A program made the translations under genes and the position numbers. The notes beneath the pieces were generated by a model. That model did no database searches and was not told where the DNA came from. It saw nothing but the letters and a program-made list of their open reading frames with translations. From Desulfobacteraceae bacterium (GTDB lineage Bacteria > Desulfobacterota > Desulfobacteria > Desulfobacterales > SKZT01), in assembly GCA_011389745.1 (NCBI GenBank), contig JAABTQ010000008.1, positions 61,497-125,496 of the forward strand: a DNA stretch of 64,000 nt, read 5' to 3'. The first letter of the stretch is position 1. Every line of letters begins with the position of its first letter. This document shows positions 18,861 to 31,243 of this stretch, in pieces.

Positions 18861-19115
18861 ATGAGGGCGCGTGTAATTAAAATTGGTAATTCTCAGGGAT
18901 TGCGCATACCAAAGCCTATCTTAGAACAAACGGGAATTGTTGATGATGTTGAAATAGAGGTTGAAAAAAATAAAATTATTATCCGGCCTGCTAAAAATGC
19001 TCGGGAGGGATGGGAACAAGCCTTTAAAATAATGGGTGAAAAAGGCGATGACGAACCTATTATCGATGAAATGAACATTTCACATTCATGGGATGAGGAA
19101 GAATGGCATTGGTAG
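18861..19115 (+). CDS. mazE: AbrB/MazE/SpoVT-family antitoxin
   Basis: 84 aa with an N-terminal swapped-hairpin motif (VIKIGNSQGLRIPKPILEQ) and an acidic C-tail. Overlaps the toxin gene. Confidence 0.8.
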   Translation: MRARVIKIGNSQGLRIPKPILEQTGIVDDVEIEVEKNKIIIRPAKNAREGWEQAFKIMGEKGDDEPIIDEMNISHSWDEEEWHW

Positions 19116-19432
19116 TAAATCGCTTTGACGTTTACTTAGTGGGTCTTGATCCCACTATCGGATATGAAATTCAAAAAACCAGACCATGCTTGGTTGTTTC
19201 TCCTGATGAAATGAACCTCCATATTCGAACCGTTATCATAGCGCCAATGACTTCCGCAAGTAAAGATTACCCGACCCGTGTATCCTGCACATTTAAAAAG
19301 AAGCAAGGTCACATTGTTTTGGATCAGATTCGAACGATAGATAAAACAAGGCTGATAAAAAGGCTTGGTACGATAGATTTTAAGGCTCAATCAGACGTTG
19401 TCTCAGTATTACAGCGGATGTTTGCATTTTAA
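19103..19432 (+). CDS. mazF: MazF/PemK-family endoribonuclease toxin
   Basis: 109 aa: RFDVYLVGLDPTIGYEIQKTRPCLVVSPDEMN...VIIAPMTS...VLDQIRTIDKTRL. Confidence 0.85.
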   Translation: MALVVNRFDVYLVGLDPTIGYEIQKTRPCLVVSPDEMNLHIRTVIIAPMTSASKDYPTRVSCTFKKKQGHIVLDQIRTIDKTRLIKRLGTIDFKAQSDVVSVLQRMFAF

Positions 19433-19494
19433 AGATTACCCGAAATGTTGATAATGACGGCCAAATTACCCCCTAAGTCGATGTAAAGGGCTTG

Positions 19495-19543
19495 AAAAAA
19501 TCTCCCCTCTGCCTCAAAACACTCTTTCAAGGCGGAGGGGATT
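19495..19543 (-). terminator. Rho-independent terminator after gdhA
   Basis: Minus strand: CCCCTCCGCC-loop-GGCAGAGGGG (9/10 bp) followed by AGATTTTTTC. Confidence 0.55.
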
Positions 19544-19574
19544 CTATTTCTCATCAAAACCTGCAAATTTTTAA

Positions 19575-20930
<1,356 letters not shown>

Positions 20931-20957
20931 TCACCGGTCTCCTTCAAGTTTTGTTTT

Positions 20958-21494
20958 TTAGTTATGTTCACAAACCAGATATTCATCATCGTCCTTAACG
21001 ATATATATTTTGGATGGAAATGATATGACTTTTGAAATATATTGGTTCTTTCTGAAATAATGAATATCCCTGGAGCTTAAACTATCTTCTCCGATAAAAT
21101 CACTCATCAGTTCTTCCAGACTGTCAAAACCACAACCAAAATATCTTAATTTCGAGAAAAAAGGTTTTTGGGTATTGCTGTCTGTAAGAACTGCAAAATG
21201 CTCTGGTAATAAAGGATCACCTATGACCATAAGGTATTTTTCTTTTGATCTGGTGATGTGATAATCCAAAGGCATTTCTTCTTTTTTTATCTCAGTAAAA
21301 TGTTCTTGCAAAACCATGGCGGCTTCATCCTGGCCGATATCATCTATAGACAAGATATCGTCACTGTCAAAAAAACCGAGTACATACAATGCGATGCCGA
21401 AACTGCTTATTTGATCATAAATTGATTGCTCTCTTCCACACATCATTGTGACCTCTTTGATTCTCTCCGACACAAACAAGCCTTCATGATCCAT
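20958..21494 (-). CDS. Hypothetical protein, co-directional and 27 nt upstream of gdhA
   Basis: Long ORF. ATG 21494 (MDHEGLF) sits 9 nt after GAGGA. No family recognised. Confidence 0.5.
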   Translation of the reverse strand: MDHEGLFVSERIKEVTMMCGREQSIYDQISSFGIALYVLGFFDSDDILSIDDIGQDEAAMVLQEHFTEIKKEEMPLDYHITRSKEKYLMVIGDPLLPEHFAVLTDSNTQKPFFSKLRYFGCGFDSLEELMSDFIGEDSLSSRDIHYFRKNQYISKVISFPSKIYIVKDDDEYLVCEHN

Positions 21495-21597
21495 AATTCG
21501 CCATCCTCTCATTTAAGGGTTTCAGCAACCATTCAATCATTTCTGATCAGTCAGGATACCCGGTTGCTTAACTATTATTTTGCAATCTCTCTGAATC

Positions 21598-21611
21598 GCA
21601 AAAAGCATGCC
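21598..21611 (-). promoter_or_regulatory. Sigma54 (-24/-12) promoter-like element upstream of the hypothetical-gdhA unit
   Basis: Minus strand GGCATGCTTTTTGC has GG-N10-GC spacing and matches GGCAYG-N4-TTGC. It lies about 85-100 nt upstream of the ORF start. Confidence 0.4.
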
Positions 21612-21854
21612 CAACCAAAAAAAAATAAAATAAGGTGATAACATGCTGAAATTGTATTTAATATGAGACGAGTAGTGCATGAGGAAAGGTTTTGATAAGT
21701 GATGAAATATCAACAGGAGATAACAGATTTAAAGGAATAAAAATGTTTTTCAGCGTTGTTTATTCATGTTATAGCGTTGTAGACACTTTTAAGTGATCAA
21801 AAATTGAACACCTTTGGTTAATTTTGAACATCCAAATTTTAAAATGTTGAATAG

Positions 21855-22490
21855 ATGTTTTGTATATTATGCGGAAAACCGGAAGTTTCCTTTTTTTTCG
21901 AGGATAAACTACGAAAATACCTGTGGTGCGAGGTCTGTGATCTCGTCTTTGTGCCTTCATATCAGCGCCTTTCGGCTGAAGAGGAATTAAAACGATACGA
22001 CCAGCACCAAAACAGTCCGGATGACCAAAGGTATAGAAATTTTCTTGACAGATTATTTAAACCTCTCAATGACAGGCTTTTGCCGGGAAGTTATGGTCTT
22101 GATTTTGGTTCAGGCCCCGGTCCGACCTTACATCTCATGTTCATGGAACATGGCCATGCCATGCATATTTACGACTGCTTTTATGCAGATGATCAGTCAG
22201 TTTTTGAACAGACATACGATTTTATTACGGCAACCGAGGTTGTTGAACATCTGTTCAATCCGCAATGGGAACTGGATCGATTGTGGTCTTGTTTGAAACC
22301 GGGTGGATTGCTCGGCATGATGACGGGTATTGTTGAAAATAAGGCAGCCTTTAAAAACTGGTATTACAAAAAGGATGAGACCCATGTGGCCTTTTATTCG
22401 AAAAAGACCTTTGAATGGCTTCGACAAAAATGGCAGGCTTCCTGGGAAGTTATTGGAAACGGTGTTGTAATATTTCGTAAAAATGATTGA
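21855..22490 (+). CDS. Class I SAM-dependent methyltransferase with N-terminal Cys4 zinc-ribbon
   Basis: CILCG...CEVCD, then motif I GLDFGSGPG and a post-I/II pattern. Confidence 0.7.
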   Translation: MFCILCGKPEVSFFFEDKLRKYLWCEVCDLVFVPSYQRLSAEEELKRYDQHQNSPDDQRYRNFLDRLFKPLNDRLLPGSYGLDFGSGPGPTLHLMFMEHGHAMHIYDCFYADDQSVFEQTYDFITATEVVEHLFNPQWELDRLWSCLKPGGLLGMMTGIVENKAAFKNWYYKKDETHVAFYSKKTFEWLRQKWQASWEVIGNGVVIFRKND

Positions 22491-22500
22491 TACTCGGTGG

Positions 22501-23907
22501 TTAAATTTTTTCCCCCGAACAAAGTTTTCTATAAATTGTTTCAATTTTAGCAAAAATACTTTCCCAGCTGAAATCTTTAATGCATGATTGGATATCTTCG
22601 GGCCGGCAAATTTCGGGTAATGTCGATTGTTTAAGCTGAAAACTGATGGCATCTGCAAGCTGTTTTTGAAAAGCAGGGAGATCTTCGGGGTTAGGTTCAT
22701 CCACATGGACCAGTCGGGGCAGGGGGACACATTTCACTACTTTGTTTTCTACTAGTTCTGCAGGCAGCCAGCTGGAAAGACCCGGAAGATCGGTGACCAC
22801 AATGCGGCAGCCGCAGGCAATGGCCTCCAATATCACCAGAGGCAAGCCCTCATAAAATGAAGGCAATACAAAAATATCCGCGGTTTTTAACAAATCGGCC
22901 AGTTTCTCCTGGCTTAAAGGACCGACATATTCGATACAACCGCTGCTTTTGTCAATTCTGGAAAGAATATCGTCACCTTCCCGGCTTCCGGAAGACCCTG
23001 CCAAAAAAAGGCACATTGTGTGGTCTTCCGGTATTATCACATCTTGCATGGCGCTGATAAGCCATGGCAAGCCTTTGGCTCTGCTGATTTTACCGGCATA
23101 GACCACCCGGAGTTCTTTAGCCGGTCGGGTCCTGTTTCGGGTCTGCGGTGCATGGTAGAAAATATCCCTGCGATATCCGGCACCGATAAGGTCTATTCGC
23201 TCGCTGGGAAGGTGATATTCCGAAGTCAGCTCCTCAACCTGATAAGCGTGAAGGGCCAATACCCGATCAATCTTTGAACAGGCTGGAACGACAAAAGGTT
23301 TCAACTCAGATGCGAGCATAAGCTGCCTGAGTTCCGTACCGTGGCAAGTGGTCACAATCGGAATGTCAGGATTGAGAATCCGGGTAAGTGCGCTTACCAG
23401 CCAAAGATGATGGGTATGGATCACATGAGGTTGAAACTGTTTAACTGTTTTGGTGATGGCAGATGAAAAAGCTTCCAGATACATTTCCAGCATTTCCGGG
23501 GTGAAACTTGAAAAACGGGTACTTTCATAGGGCATGACATCACTCATGCCGGGCACCGGAAATGGCAAGTCAATGGTTTCAAAAAAAACCGGACTGATAT
23601 TTTCCGGATTCAGATGTGGAAGTCTGGCAGGGGATTCTGTAACCGGTAAAGCTGCAATGACATACTGTTTTATGCCGAAATGAAATGCCTGGGTGACAAT
23701 GGCCTGAAGATAAATACCGCTTCCGGTCTTACCAGGTTGCTGAGATATGATATGTAACACCCGAAGGGGTTCAGACATGTCGGTATGTTTCTTATCGAAG
23801 GTATTTTTCGCAATACCCTGAAGTAATCGTTTCGAAAGGGATTCTTTTGAGCCATCCGATTCACCATATTCTGTAAAGGCTCCCATAATAAGTATATACC
23901 TCGTCAA
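22501..23907 (-). CDS. Glycosyltransferase family 4 (GT-B, GT1 superfamily)
   Basis: The C-terminal EGLPLVILEAIACG motif is typical of Glycos_transf_1. The start is uncertain; an internal candidate is MSEPLRVLHII. Confidence 0.75.
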   Translation of the reverse strand: MTRYILIMGAFTEYGESDGSKESLSKRLLQGIAKNTFDKKHTDMSEPLRVLHIISQQPGKTGSGIYLQAIVTQAFHFGIKQYVIAALPVTESPARLPHLNPENISPVFFETIDLPFPVPGMSDVMPYESTRFSSFTPEMLEMYLEAFSSAITKTVKQFQPHVIHTHHLWLVSALTRILNPDIPIVTTCHGTELRQLMLASELKPFVVPACSKIDRVLALHAYQVEELTSEYHLPSERIDLIGAGYRRDIFYHAPQTRNRTRPAKELRVVYAGKISRAKGLPWLISAMQDVIIPEDHTMCLFLAGSSGSREGDDILSRIDKSSGCIEYVGPLSQEKLADLLKTADIFVLPSFYEGLPLVILEAIACGCRIVVTDLPGLSSWLPAELVENKVVKCVPLPRLVHVDEPNPEDLPAFQKQLADAISFQLKQSTLPEICRPEDIQSCIKDFSWESIFAKIETIYRKLCSGEKI

Positions 23908-24003
23908 AAATATAAATGCCTTGAAATTTAAAAGGTTTTAGTTCATTATATTAAGCTCTAAATACCAATTAAAATCAACTCTAAAAGGAATCTGCTATAT
24001 ATT

Positions 24004-26523
24004 ATGCTAAATTTTCTGACCAAGGTTTTTGGGAGTAAGAACGAAAGAGAACTTAAAAAGTTGCAACCTGCGGTGGAACAGATCAATAGCTTTGAGCCTG
24101 AAATAAAGGCAATGGACGATGAACGTCTCAAAGATCAGACAAATCGGTTCAAGCAGCGTATCGAGCAAGGTGAATCCCTGGATGAGATTCTTCCTGAGGC
24201 TTTTGCCACGGTCCGGGAGGCATCATGGAGGACTTTGAAAATGAGGCATTTTGATGTCCAGCTCATTGGAGGCATTGTGCTGCATCAGGGTAAGATCGCT
24301 GAAATGAAAACCGGTGAGGGAAAGACACTTGTGGCAACATTGGCCGCATATCTCAACGCCCTGACAGGCAAAGGGGTTCATATCATCACGGTAAACGATT
24401 ATCTTGCGTCACGTGATACACAATGGATGGGACAAATTTTCAAGTTTTTGGGAATGTCCGTGGGTACAATTGTTCATGGAATGACAGACGCTCAGAGAAA
24501 AGAGGCCTATGGATCGGATATTTCCTACGGCACCAACAATGAATTCGGTTTTGATTACCTTCGGGACAACATGAAATTTGATCAAAAGAGTATTGTCCAG
24601 GGGGAGGTAAACTTTGCCATCGTAGACGAAGTGGACAGCATTTTAATTGATGAGGCCAGAACACCTCTGATTATCAGCGGACCGGCTGAAAAGTCTACAA
24701 GTCTTTATTATCAGGTCAACTCGATTATTCCGAGATTTAACCGGGAACAGGACTACACAATCGATGAAAAAGCCCGAACCACTGTGCTCACCGAGGAAGG
24801 TGTTTACAAAGCCGAGAAAGCACTCGGAGTTGATAACCTTTATGATCCGGGCAGTATAGAACTTTTGCATCATGTTAATCAGGCGTTGAAAGCACACACT
24901 TTGTTTAAAAGAGATGTGGATTACATTGTCAAAGATGGCGAGGTGATCATTGTTGATGAATTCACCGGACGTCTGATGCCGGGACGGCGTTACAGTGAAG
25001 GGCTTCATCAGGCTCTGGAAGCAAAAGAAAACGTAAAAATAGAAAATGAAAACCAGACTTTGGCCTCCATTACTTTTCAGAATTATTTCAGGATGTATGA
25101 CAAACTGGCCGGTATGACCGGAACAGCAGATACGGAAGCGGCCGAGTTTAAAAAAATTTACAACCTGGATGTTGTGGTTGTTCCCACGAATCAACCCATG
25201 GTCAGGACCGATTATTCTGATGTCATTTATAAGACCAAAAAAGAAAAGTACGAGGCTGTCCTGGATGAAATTGAAGAACTTCACAGTACAGGCCAGCCGG
25301 TGCTGGTGGGTACCATCTCCATTGATGTTTCCGAAGATCTCAGCAAAAGGTTAAAAAAACGTGGTGTAAAGCATGAGGTTTTAAACGCCAAACACCATGA
25401 AAAGGAAGCTGAAATTGTTTCCATGGCCGGTCAAAAAGGGTCGGTGACAATTTCTACCAACATGGCAGGGCGAGGAACCGATATTGTTTTGGGCGAGGGT
25501 GTACCGGATCAGGGTGGACTGCACATTTTAGGCACGGAAAGGCATGAGAGTCGAAGAATCGACAATCAGCTGAGAGGACGTTCCGGAAGGCAGGGAGATC
25601 CGGGTTCTTCCCGGTTTTATCTTTCCCTGGAAGACGACCTGTTGCGGATTTTTGGCGGAGAGAGAATGTCCGGTATCATGGACCGACTCGGGATGGAAGA
25701 AGGAGAGCCTATCGAGCATAATCTCATATCCCGGGCTATTGAAAATGCGCAGTCCAAGGTTGAAGGCCAGAACTTTGACATCAGAAAGCACCTTCTGGAA
25801 TATGACGATGTCATGAACCAGCAGCGCATGGTCATTTACCGCCATAGGCGTGAAGCTTTGAGCGGAAAAAGCCTGAAAAATTCTATTGAAGATATGATCA
25901 GGAGTAAAGCCGGGGATATTGCCGATGCTTTCGCCGATGAGAAACTTCCTGCCGAAGAATGGGATTTGAAAGGCCTTGACGAGGAAATATTCAAACAGTT
26001 TTCGTTTCGATTGCCGCCAATGGATGAAGATACGCTCGAAGGGCTTAACGCGGATGGACTTTCACAACTTATCGAGGAGGAAGCATTCAGGGTTTATGAA
26101 CAGAGAGAGGCTGAAATCGGCGAACAAGACTTCAGATATCTTGAGCGTATGATTATGCTCCAGGTTGTGGACAACCTATGGAAAGATCATCTTTTATCCA
26201 TGGATCATCTCAAGGATGGTATCGGGCTCAGAGGATACGCCCAGCAAAACCCTTTGGTGGTTTATAAAAAAGAAGGCTATGAAATGTTTTCGGAAATGAT
26301 CTCCAGGATTCAGGAGCAGACATTATCGATTCTTTTCAGGATTCAGGTTGAAAAGCCTGATAAAATAAAAGAGCTTCAACAGCCGAAGGAACAGAATCTT
26401 GTGTTTTCCAGCGGTAAGGAACAGAAGAAAAAGCCTGTTCAAAGACAAGAAACAAAAGTCGGGCGAAATGCACCATGTCCTTGTGGTAGTGGTAAAAAAT
26501 TCAAAAAATGTTGTGGTGCCTGA
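24004..26523 (+). CDS. secA: Preprotein translocase ATPase SecA
   Basis: 839 aa with [10 protein letters not shown], the [23 protein letters not shown] motor, and a C-terminal zinc finger [14 protein letters not shown]. Confidence 0.95.
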   Translation: MLNFLTKVFGSKNERELKKLQPAVEQINSFEPEIKAMDDERLKDQTNRFKQRIEQGESLDEILPEAFATVREASWRTLKMRHFDVQLIGGIVLHQGKIAEMKTGEGKTLVATLAAYLNALTGKGVHIITVNDYLASRDTQWMGQIFKFLGMSVGTIVHGMTDAQRKEAYGSDISYGTNNEFGFDYLRDNMKFDQKSIVQGEVNFAIVDEVDSILIDEARTPLIISGPAEKSTSLYYQVNSIIPRFNREQDYTIDEKARTTVLTEEGVYKAEKALGVDNLYDPGSIELLHHVNQALKAHTLFKRDVDYIVKDGEVIIVDEFTGRLMPGRRYSEGLHQALEAKENVKIENENQTLASITFQNYFRMYDKLAGMTGTADTEAAEFKKIYNLDVVVVPTNQPMVRTDYSDVIYKTKKEKYEAVLDEIEELHSTGQPVLVGTISIDVSEDLSKRLKKRGVKHEVLNAKHHEKEAEIVSMAGQKGSVTISTNMAGRGTDIVLGEGVPDQGGLHILGTERHESRRIDNQLRGRSGRQGDPGSSRFYLSLEDDLLRIFGGERMSGIMDRLGMEEGEPIEHNLISRAIENAQSKVEGQNFDIRKHLLEYDDVMNQQRMVIYRHRREALSGKSLKNSIEDMIRSKAGDIADAFADEKLPAEEWDLKGLDEEIFKQFSFRLPPMDEDTLEGLNADGLSQLIEEEAFRVYEQREAEIGEQDFRYLERMIMLQVVDNLWKDHLLSMDHLKDGIGLRGYAQQNPLVVYKKEGYEMFSEMISRIQEQTLSILFRIQVEKPDKIKELQQPKEQNLVFSSGKEQKKKPVQRQETKVGRNAPCPCGSGKKFKKCCGA

Positions 26524-26663
26524 TACCACCCAATTGGTTAAAAAATTTCACCCCTTACAACAATGGATATTAGTGATTATTATTTTTTAAAATAAACTGT
26601 ATAAAATAGCCTCAGTCAACCTTGGGTTGTGTGATGGAGTAAAAGGAGGACCTTTGAGGTAAT

Positions 26664-26978
26664 ATGAGTACTGCCAATACGGATTTTGAAGAAAAGGTAG
26701 CATCGAAAACACATGAACAGGTTGTAAGGCCGCCATTATACAAGGTGTTGTTGCACAATGATGATTATACCACAATGGAGTTTGTGGTCCAAATTCTTAT
26801 GCATGTGTTTAACAAATCTCCTGAAAATGCAACCCGTATCATGTTGGATGTTCACAAACAGGGAATCGGACTTTGTGGAATTTATTCCTATGAAATAGCG
26901 GAAACAAAGGTGGATCGGGTGCATTATCTGGCCAAAGAACACGGTTTTCCGTTAAGATGCACCATGGAAAGGGAGTAG
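26664..26978 (+). CDS. clpS: ATP-dependent Clp protease adaptor ClpS
   Basis: 104 aa: PPLYKVLLHNDDYTTMEFVV..L..VF. Confidence 0.9.
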   Translation: MSTANTDFEEKVASKTHEQVVRPPLYKVLLHNDDYTTMEFVVQILMHVFNKSPENATRIMLDVHKQGIGLCGIYSYEIAETKVDRVHYLAKEHGFPLRCTMERE

Positions 26979-26981
26979 ACC

Positions 26982-29222
26982 ATGATCAGCAGAGAATTAA
27001 GCCTGACGCTGGGTTTTGCGGTGAAGGAGGCTAAAAGACGAAGACATGAGCATGTATGTTTGGAACATGTGCTTTTTGCAATCCTTCATGATAGTGTCGG
27101 AACAGAGATTATTGAAAGTTGTGGTGGAAATGTTGAAAATTTAAAAAATTCCCTCGAAGAATTTTTTGTAAAAGAAATTCAGAGCGTTCCCGAAGGCAAC
27201 GATTACGTACTTCAGCAGACAGTTGGATTTCAAAGAGTAATCCAAAGAGCTGTTAATCAGGCCAGAAGTGCCGAAAAATCCGAAGTTGCCGTTGGAGACA
27301 TTCTGGCATCGATGTTTAAGGAAAAGGACTCACATGCAGTCTATTTTCTCCAGGGGGAGGGGATCGACAGGCTCGATGTGCTTAACTACATTTCACATAA
27401 TGATTCTAAGATGCCATTCAGTGAGGGCCCTGGCGGATTTGTTAAAACCGATACACAAACCGATAAGAAGAAAAGCAGCAATCCGCTGGAGATTTTTACG
27501 CTGGATCTTGTAAAAATGGCCGGTGAAGGTCTTTTGGATCCGCTTATTGGTCGAAAATCAGAACTGGAAAGAACCATTCAGGTATTATGCCGCCGCAGAA
27601 AAAACAATCCGGTTTTTGTGGGGGAGCCAGGAGTGGGAAAAACCGCAATGGCTGAAGGTTTGGCCCAGATGGTTGCAGGAGGGGATATTCCGGATTTATT
27701 GAAAGACGTTAAGATTTATTCCCTGGATTTGGGAGCACTTCTTGCGGGAACTAAATTTCGAGGTGATTTTGAGCAGCGCCTGAAAAGTGTACTGGCTGCG
27801 ATCAGGAATGAAAAAGACGCCATTATGTTTATCGATGAAATCCATACAATTGTCGGTGCCGGTGCTACTAGCAGCGGTTCCATGGATGCATCCAATATTT
27901 TAAAACCTTCCCTGTCCACAGGGGAACTCAGGTGCATAGGTTCTACAACCTATGAAGAGTATAAAAATCACTTTGAAAAAGACAGGGCACTGTCCCGCCG
28001 GTTTGAAAAAATTGAAATCGCAGAACCCACGGTCAAAGAAAGTGTTCTGATTCTCAAAGGATTACGTTCCAGATATGAAGAGCATCACCAGATTGAATAT
28101 ACGGATTCTTCTTTGAAAGCCGCATGCGAACTTTCAGCCAAATACTTAAATGACCGTTTTCTGCCTGATAAAGCCATTGATGTTATTGATGAAACAGGCG
28201 CTTTTATCAGGTTGACAGGTGATGCACGCAGAAAAAAAATTCATCCATCGGACATTGAAAAAATAGTGGCCAAGATGGCAAGAATACCCACTGTCAGTGT
28301 ATCCACTTCTGATAAAACCAAGTTGGAAGGTTTGGAGGACAAGCTGAAAGAAGTGGTTTACGGTCAGGATGAAGCCATCAATTCTTTGGTTAAATCGATC
28401 AAACGATCCCGGGCAGGTCTTGGTATTCCCGGAAGACCCATTGGTTCCTTTCTGTTCACAGGGCCTACCGGAGTGGGAAAAACCGAGGTCGCCAGGCAGA
28501 TCGCATCGATTCTCGATGTAGAGTTTATGCGCTATGACATGAGCGAATATATGGAAAAACATGCGGTGGCGAGACTCATCGGAGCACCTCCGGGATATAT
28601 CGGATTTGATCAGGGGGGACTTTTAACTGGTGGAGTGAGAAAACATCCTCATAGCGTTCTTTTAATGGATGAAATCGAAAAGGCTCATCCGGACCTCTTT
28701 AACATACTACTTCAAGTGCTTGATTATGCAACCTTGACGGATAACAATGGCAAAAAGGCGGATTTTAGAAATGTCATCGTGATCATGACCTCTAATGCCG
28801 GGGCAAGAGAAATGAGCACGCAGACTATCGGTTTCAGCGAATCAAAATTTGACACTGAGGGTAAAGGTAAAAAAGCCATTGAAAATTTTTTCAGTCCTGA
28901 ATTCAGAAACCGTCTGGATGCAATCATTGCCTTTAATTCTCTGAGCCAGGATATTATGGAAATGGTTGTGGACAAGTTCATCTCAGAGCTAAACGAGCAG
29001 CTTTCGATAAAACGAGTTGCTTTGACCATTTCACCCGCTGTCCGTGAATGGTTGGCAAAAAAGGGGCATGATCCCCGGTACGGTGCTCGTCCTTTGGCGC
29101 GGGTGATTCAAACGGAGATCAAGGATATACTTTCCGATGAAATACTTTTCGGAAAACTTAGCAAAGGCGGCCATGTTCAGGTAGATATCCATGACGGCCG
29201 ACTTGCTTTTTCTTTTGGTTAA
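26982..29222 (+). CDS. clpA: ATP-dependent Clp protease ATP-binding subunit ClpA
   Basis: 746 aa with a Clp_N repeat and two AAA+ modules (GEPGVGKTA; GPTGVGKTE). Confidence 0.9.
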   Translation: MISRELSLTLGFAVKEAKRRRHEHVCLEHVLFAILHDSVGTEIIESCGGNVENLKNSLEEFFVKEIQSVPEGNDYVLQQTVGFQRVIQRAVNQARSAEKSEVAVGDILASMFKEKDSHAVYFLQGEGIDRLDVLNYISHNDSKMPFSEGPGGFVKTDTQTDKKKSSNPLEIFTLDLVKMAGEGLLDPLIGRKSELERTIQVLCRRRKNNPVFVGEPGVGKTAMAEGLAQMVAGGDIPDLLKDVKIYSLDLGALLAGTKFRGDFEQRLKSVLAAIRNEKDAIMFIDEIHTIVGAGATSSGSMDASNILKPSLSTGELRCIGSTTYEEYKNHFEKDRALSRRFEKIEIAEPTVKESVLILKGLRSRYEEHHQIEYTDSSLKAACELSAKYLNDRFLPDKAIDVIDETGAFIRLTGDARRKKIHPSDIEKIVAKMARIPTVSVSTSDKTKLEGLEDKLKEVVYGQDEAINSLVKSIKRSRAGLGIPGRPIGSFLFTGPTGVGKTEVARQIASILDVEFMRYDMSEYMEKHAVARLIGAPPGYIGFDQGGLLTGGVRKHPHSVLLMDEIEKAHPDLFNILLQVLDYATLTDNNGKKADFRNVIVIMTSNAGAREMSTQTIGFSESKFDTEGKGKKAIENFFSPEFRNRLDAIIAFNSLSQDIMEMVVDKFISELNEQLSIKRVALTISPAVREWLAKKGHDPRYGARPLARVIQTEIKDILSDEILFGKLSKGGHVQVDIHDGRLAFSFG

Positions 29223-29944
29223 TGCCGGTATTCCTTCTTTCTGATAATATTACTTTCCCCCCGCCTCATTTTGCGCGAAAAGACGGTCTCCTGGCAATCG
29301 GCGGCGACCTCAGCCGGGAGCGCCTTCTTTTGGCATATCGAAAAGGTATTTTTCCATGGTATAGCAATGGAGAACCGATATTGTGGTGGTCTCCGGACCC
29401 ACGACTGGTGCTTTATCCCGAGGAATTGCGTGTCTCTCGCAGCCTGAAAAAAACAATCAGAAAAGATCGCTTTCTAATCACCATGGACAAAGCTTTTTTT
29501 AAGGTGATTCAATCCTGCGCCGAAATAAGACTGTCCAAAAAGCAACCCACATGGATTATCCCCGAGATGATAGATGCATATTGTCAACTTCATGAATCCG
29601 GTTACGCCCATTCGGTTGAAGCCTGGTATCAGGGAAAACTTGCAGGAGGTTTATATGGACTTGCTTTGGGTAAATGTTTTTCAGGAGAGTCCATGTTCAC
29701 TCAAGTTACAGATGCCTCTAAAACGGCATTTGTTTACATGGTGACTTTTGTTAAAAGCCTGGGCTTTCAAATGATCGACTGCCAGGTTAAAACTTCTCAT
29801 CTGATGAGTTTCGGAGCACGGGAAATTCCCAGAAAAACTTATCTCCAACAGCTTGAAAAAACATTGGAAAATTTTCAGGCTTACGGTAAATGGAACTTTG
29901 ATGCAGATTTAATCAGGGAACTGATTATAGAAGAAAAAAAGTAA
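29222..29944 (+). CDS. aat: Leucyl/phenylalanyl-tRNA--protein transferase
   Basis: 240 aa: GLLAIGGDLS...GIFPWY...PILWWSPDPR...GESMF. It follows clpSA in the N-degron pathway arrangement. Confidence 0.85.
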   Translation: MPVFLLSDNITFPPPHFARKDGLLAIGGDLSRERLLLAYRKGIFPWYSNGEPILWWSPDPRLVLYPEELRVSRSLKKTIRKDRFLITMDKAFFKVIQSCAEIRLSKKQPTWIIPEMIDAYCQLHESGYAHSVEAWYQGKLAGGLYGLALGKCFSGESMFTQVTDASKTAFVYMVTFVKSLGFQMIDCQVKTSHLMSFGAREIPRKTYLQQLEKTLENFQAYGKWNFDADLIRELIIEEKK

Positions 29945-29983
29945 TTGGTGATTCCTGGTTTTTGAACAGGGGAGGTGTATGTC

Positions 29984-30313
29984 ATGAAAAATGATTGCTT
30001 ATTTTGCAAAATTGTAAAGGGTGAAACAGACACGCAATTTCTTTATGAAGATGATACTCTCGTGGTTTTTAAGGATAAATATCCTCACAGGCCGGTTCAC
30101 TTGTTGATTGTTCCCAAAAAGCACATTCGAAGTGTAAACGATCTACAGACGGAACATGAAAATATCGTTGCCAGGATGATTTTAAAAGCCCGTGATATCG
30201 CTAAAGAAGTTAATGTTGACCAGGAGGGCTATAAATTGCTTTTTAATGTTGAAAGGGGTGGTGGACAAGTCATATTTCACCTGCATCTTCATTTATTGAG
30301 CGGCCAAAAGTAG
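29984..30313 (+). CDS. HIT (histidine triad) family protein
   Basis: CLFCKI... and C-terminal HLHLHLL. ATG 29984 is 8 nt after GGAGG. Confidence 0.8.
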   Translation: MKNDCLFCKIVKGETDTQFLYEDDTLVVFKDKYPHRPVHLLIVPKKHIRSVNDLQTEHENIVARMILKARDIAKEVNVDQEGYKLLFNVERGGGQVIFHLHLHLLSGQK

Positions 30314-30337
30314 TCCAAGACAGGAAAAAAGGCTTTG

Positions 30338-31243
30338 ATGAAAAAATTATTAAAATTTCTTGGGATATTAATTTTTTTGCTGTTATTTGTTCTACAAAAT
30401 GGGTACGGTTCGGATCGGAAAGTCACCGATCGTTTGGGCCGGGTAGTTCGGGTTCCAATAGATCCTGTTCGGGTGGTTTCCCTTGCTCCCAGTGTGACAG
30501 AGGTGGTTTATGCCCTGGGGCAGGATCAAAGACTTCAAGGGGTCACGCAATTCAGTAATTACCCTCCGGAAGCCATGAATTTGCCCCGAGTCGGTTCATA
30601 CGTACATCTGGACGTGGAAAAAATTGTTTCTTTAAGACCTGATCTTTGCCTTGCCATTAAAGACGGCAATCCTATTGATGTGATTCGTCGTTTAGAGGGA
30701 TTGAATATACCGGTATATGCCGTTGACCCTAAAAATCTGGATGCAGTCATGGAAATGATATCAGATGTGGGCGAGCTTTTGGATGCAATTCAACAATCTG
30801 AAATGATTGTCAAAAATATGAAAGAACGAATAGAATCAGTAAAGTCCACGGTATCAGTTACTCTGGATCGTCCTAAAGTGTTTTTTCAAATTGGGATTTC
30901 CCCCATTGTATCCGTGGGGACAGAGACCTTTCTCCATGAACTGATTACCCTTGCCGGCGGGTATAATCTCACTCATGGGGGGGTGGCTTATCCCCGTATG
31001 ACTATTGAGCAGGTTTTGAATATGGCACCGGATGTGCTTATTATCACCTCTATGACCAGGGGCCAGTCTTTTGAGGCTGTCAAGGCCCAATGGAAGCGAT
31101 GGAAAAGTATTCCGGCAGTCAAAAACGACCGGATTTACCTTGTGGATTCCGACATCGTGGATCGCCCAAGCCCGAGGCTTGTCGACGGTCTGGAAATACT
31201 GGTCCGATATATTAACCCTGAACTTTTCAAACAAAAGCCGTGA
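30338..31243 (+). CDS. Cobalamin/Fe3+-siderophore-type ABC substrate-binding protein (BtuF/FecB-like)
   Basis: Signal peptide plus a Peripla_BP_2-like pattern (VVSLAPSVTEVVYALG...). Followed by a FecCD permease and an ATPase. Confidence 0.75.
   Translation: MKKLLKFLGILIFLLLFVLQNGYGSDRKVTDRLGRVVRVPIDPVRVVSLAPSVTEVVYALGQDQRLQGVTQFSNYPPEAMNLPRVGSYVHLDVEKIVSLRPDLCLAIKDGNPIDVIRRLEGLNIPVYAVDPKNLDAVMEMISDVGELLDAIQQSEMIVKNMKERIESVKSTVSVTLDRPKVFFQIGISPIVSVGTETFLHELITLAGGYNLTHGGVAYPRMTIEQVLNMAPDVLIITSMTRGQSFEAVKAQWKRWKSIPAVKNDRIYLVDSDIVDRPSPRLVDGLEILVRYINPELFKQKP

Noticed and set aside
29945-30337. Cobalamin riboswitch upstream of the BtuF-like ABC operon
   Set aside because: The intergenic spaces are only about 20-40 nt, the genes look co-transcribed with clpSA-aat-HIT, and I saw no B12-box-like sequence.
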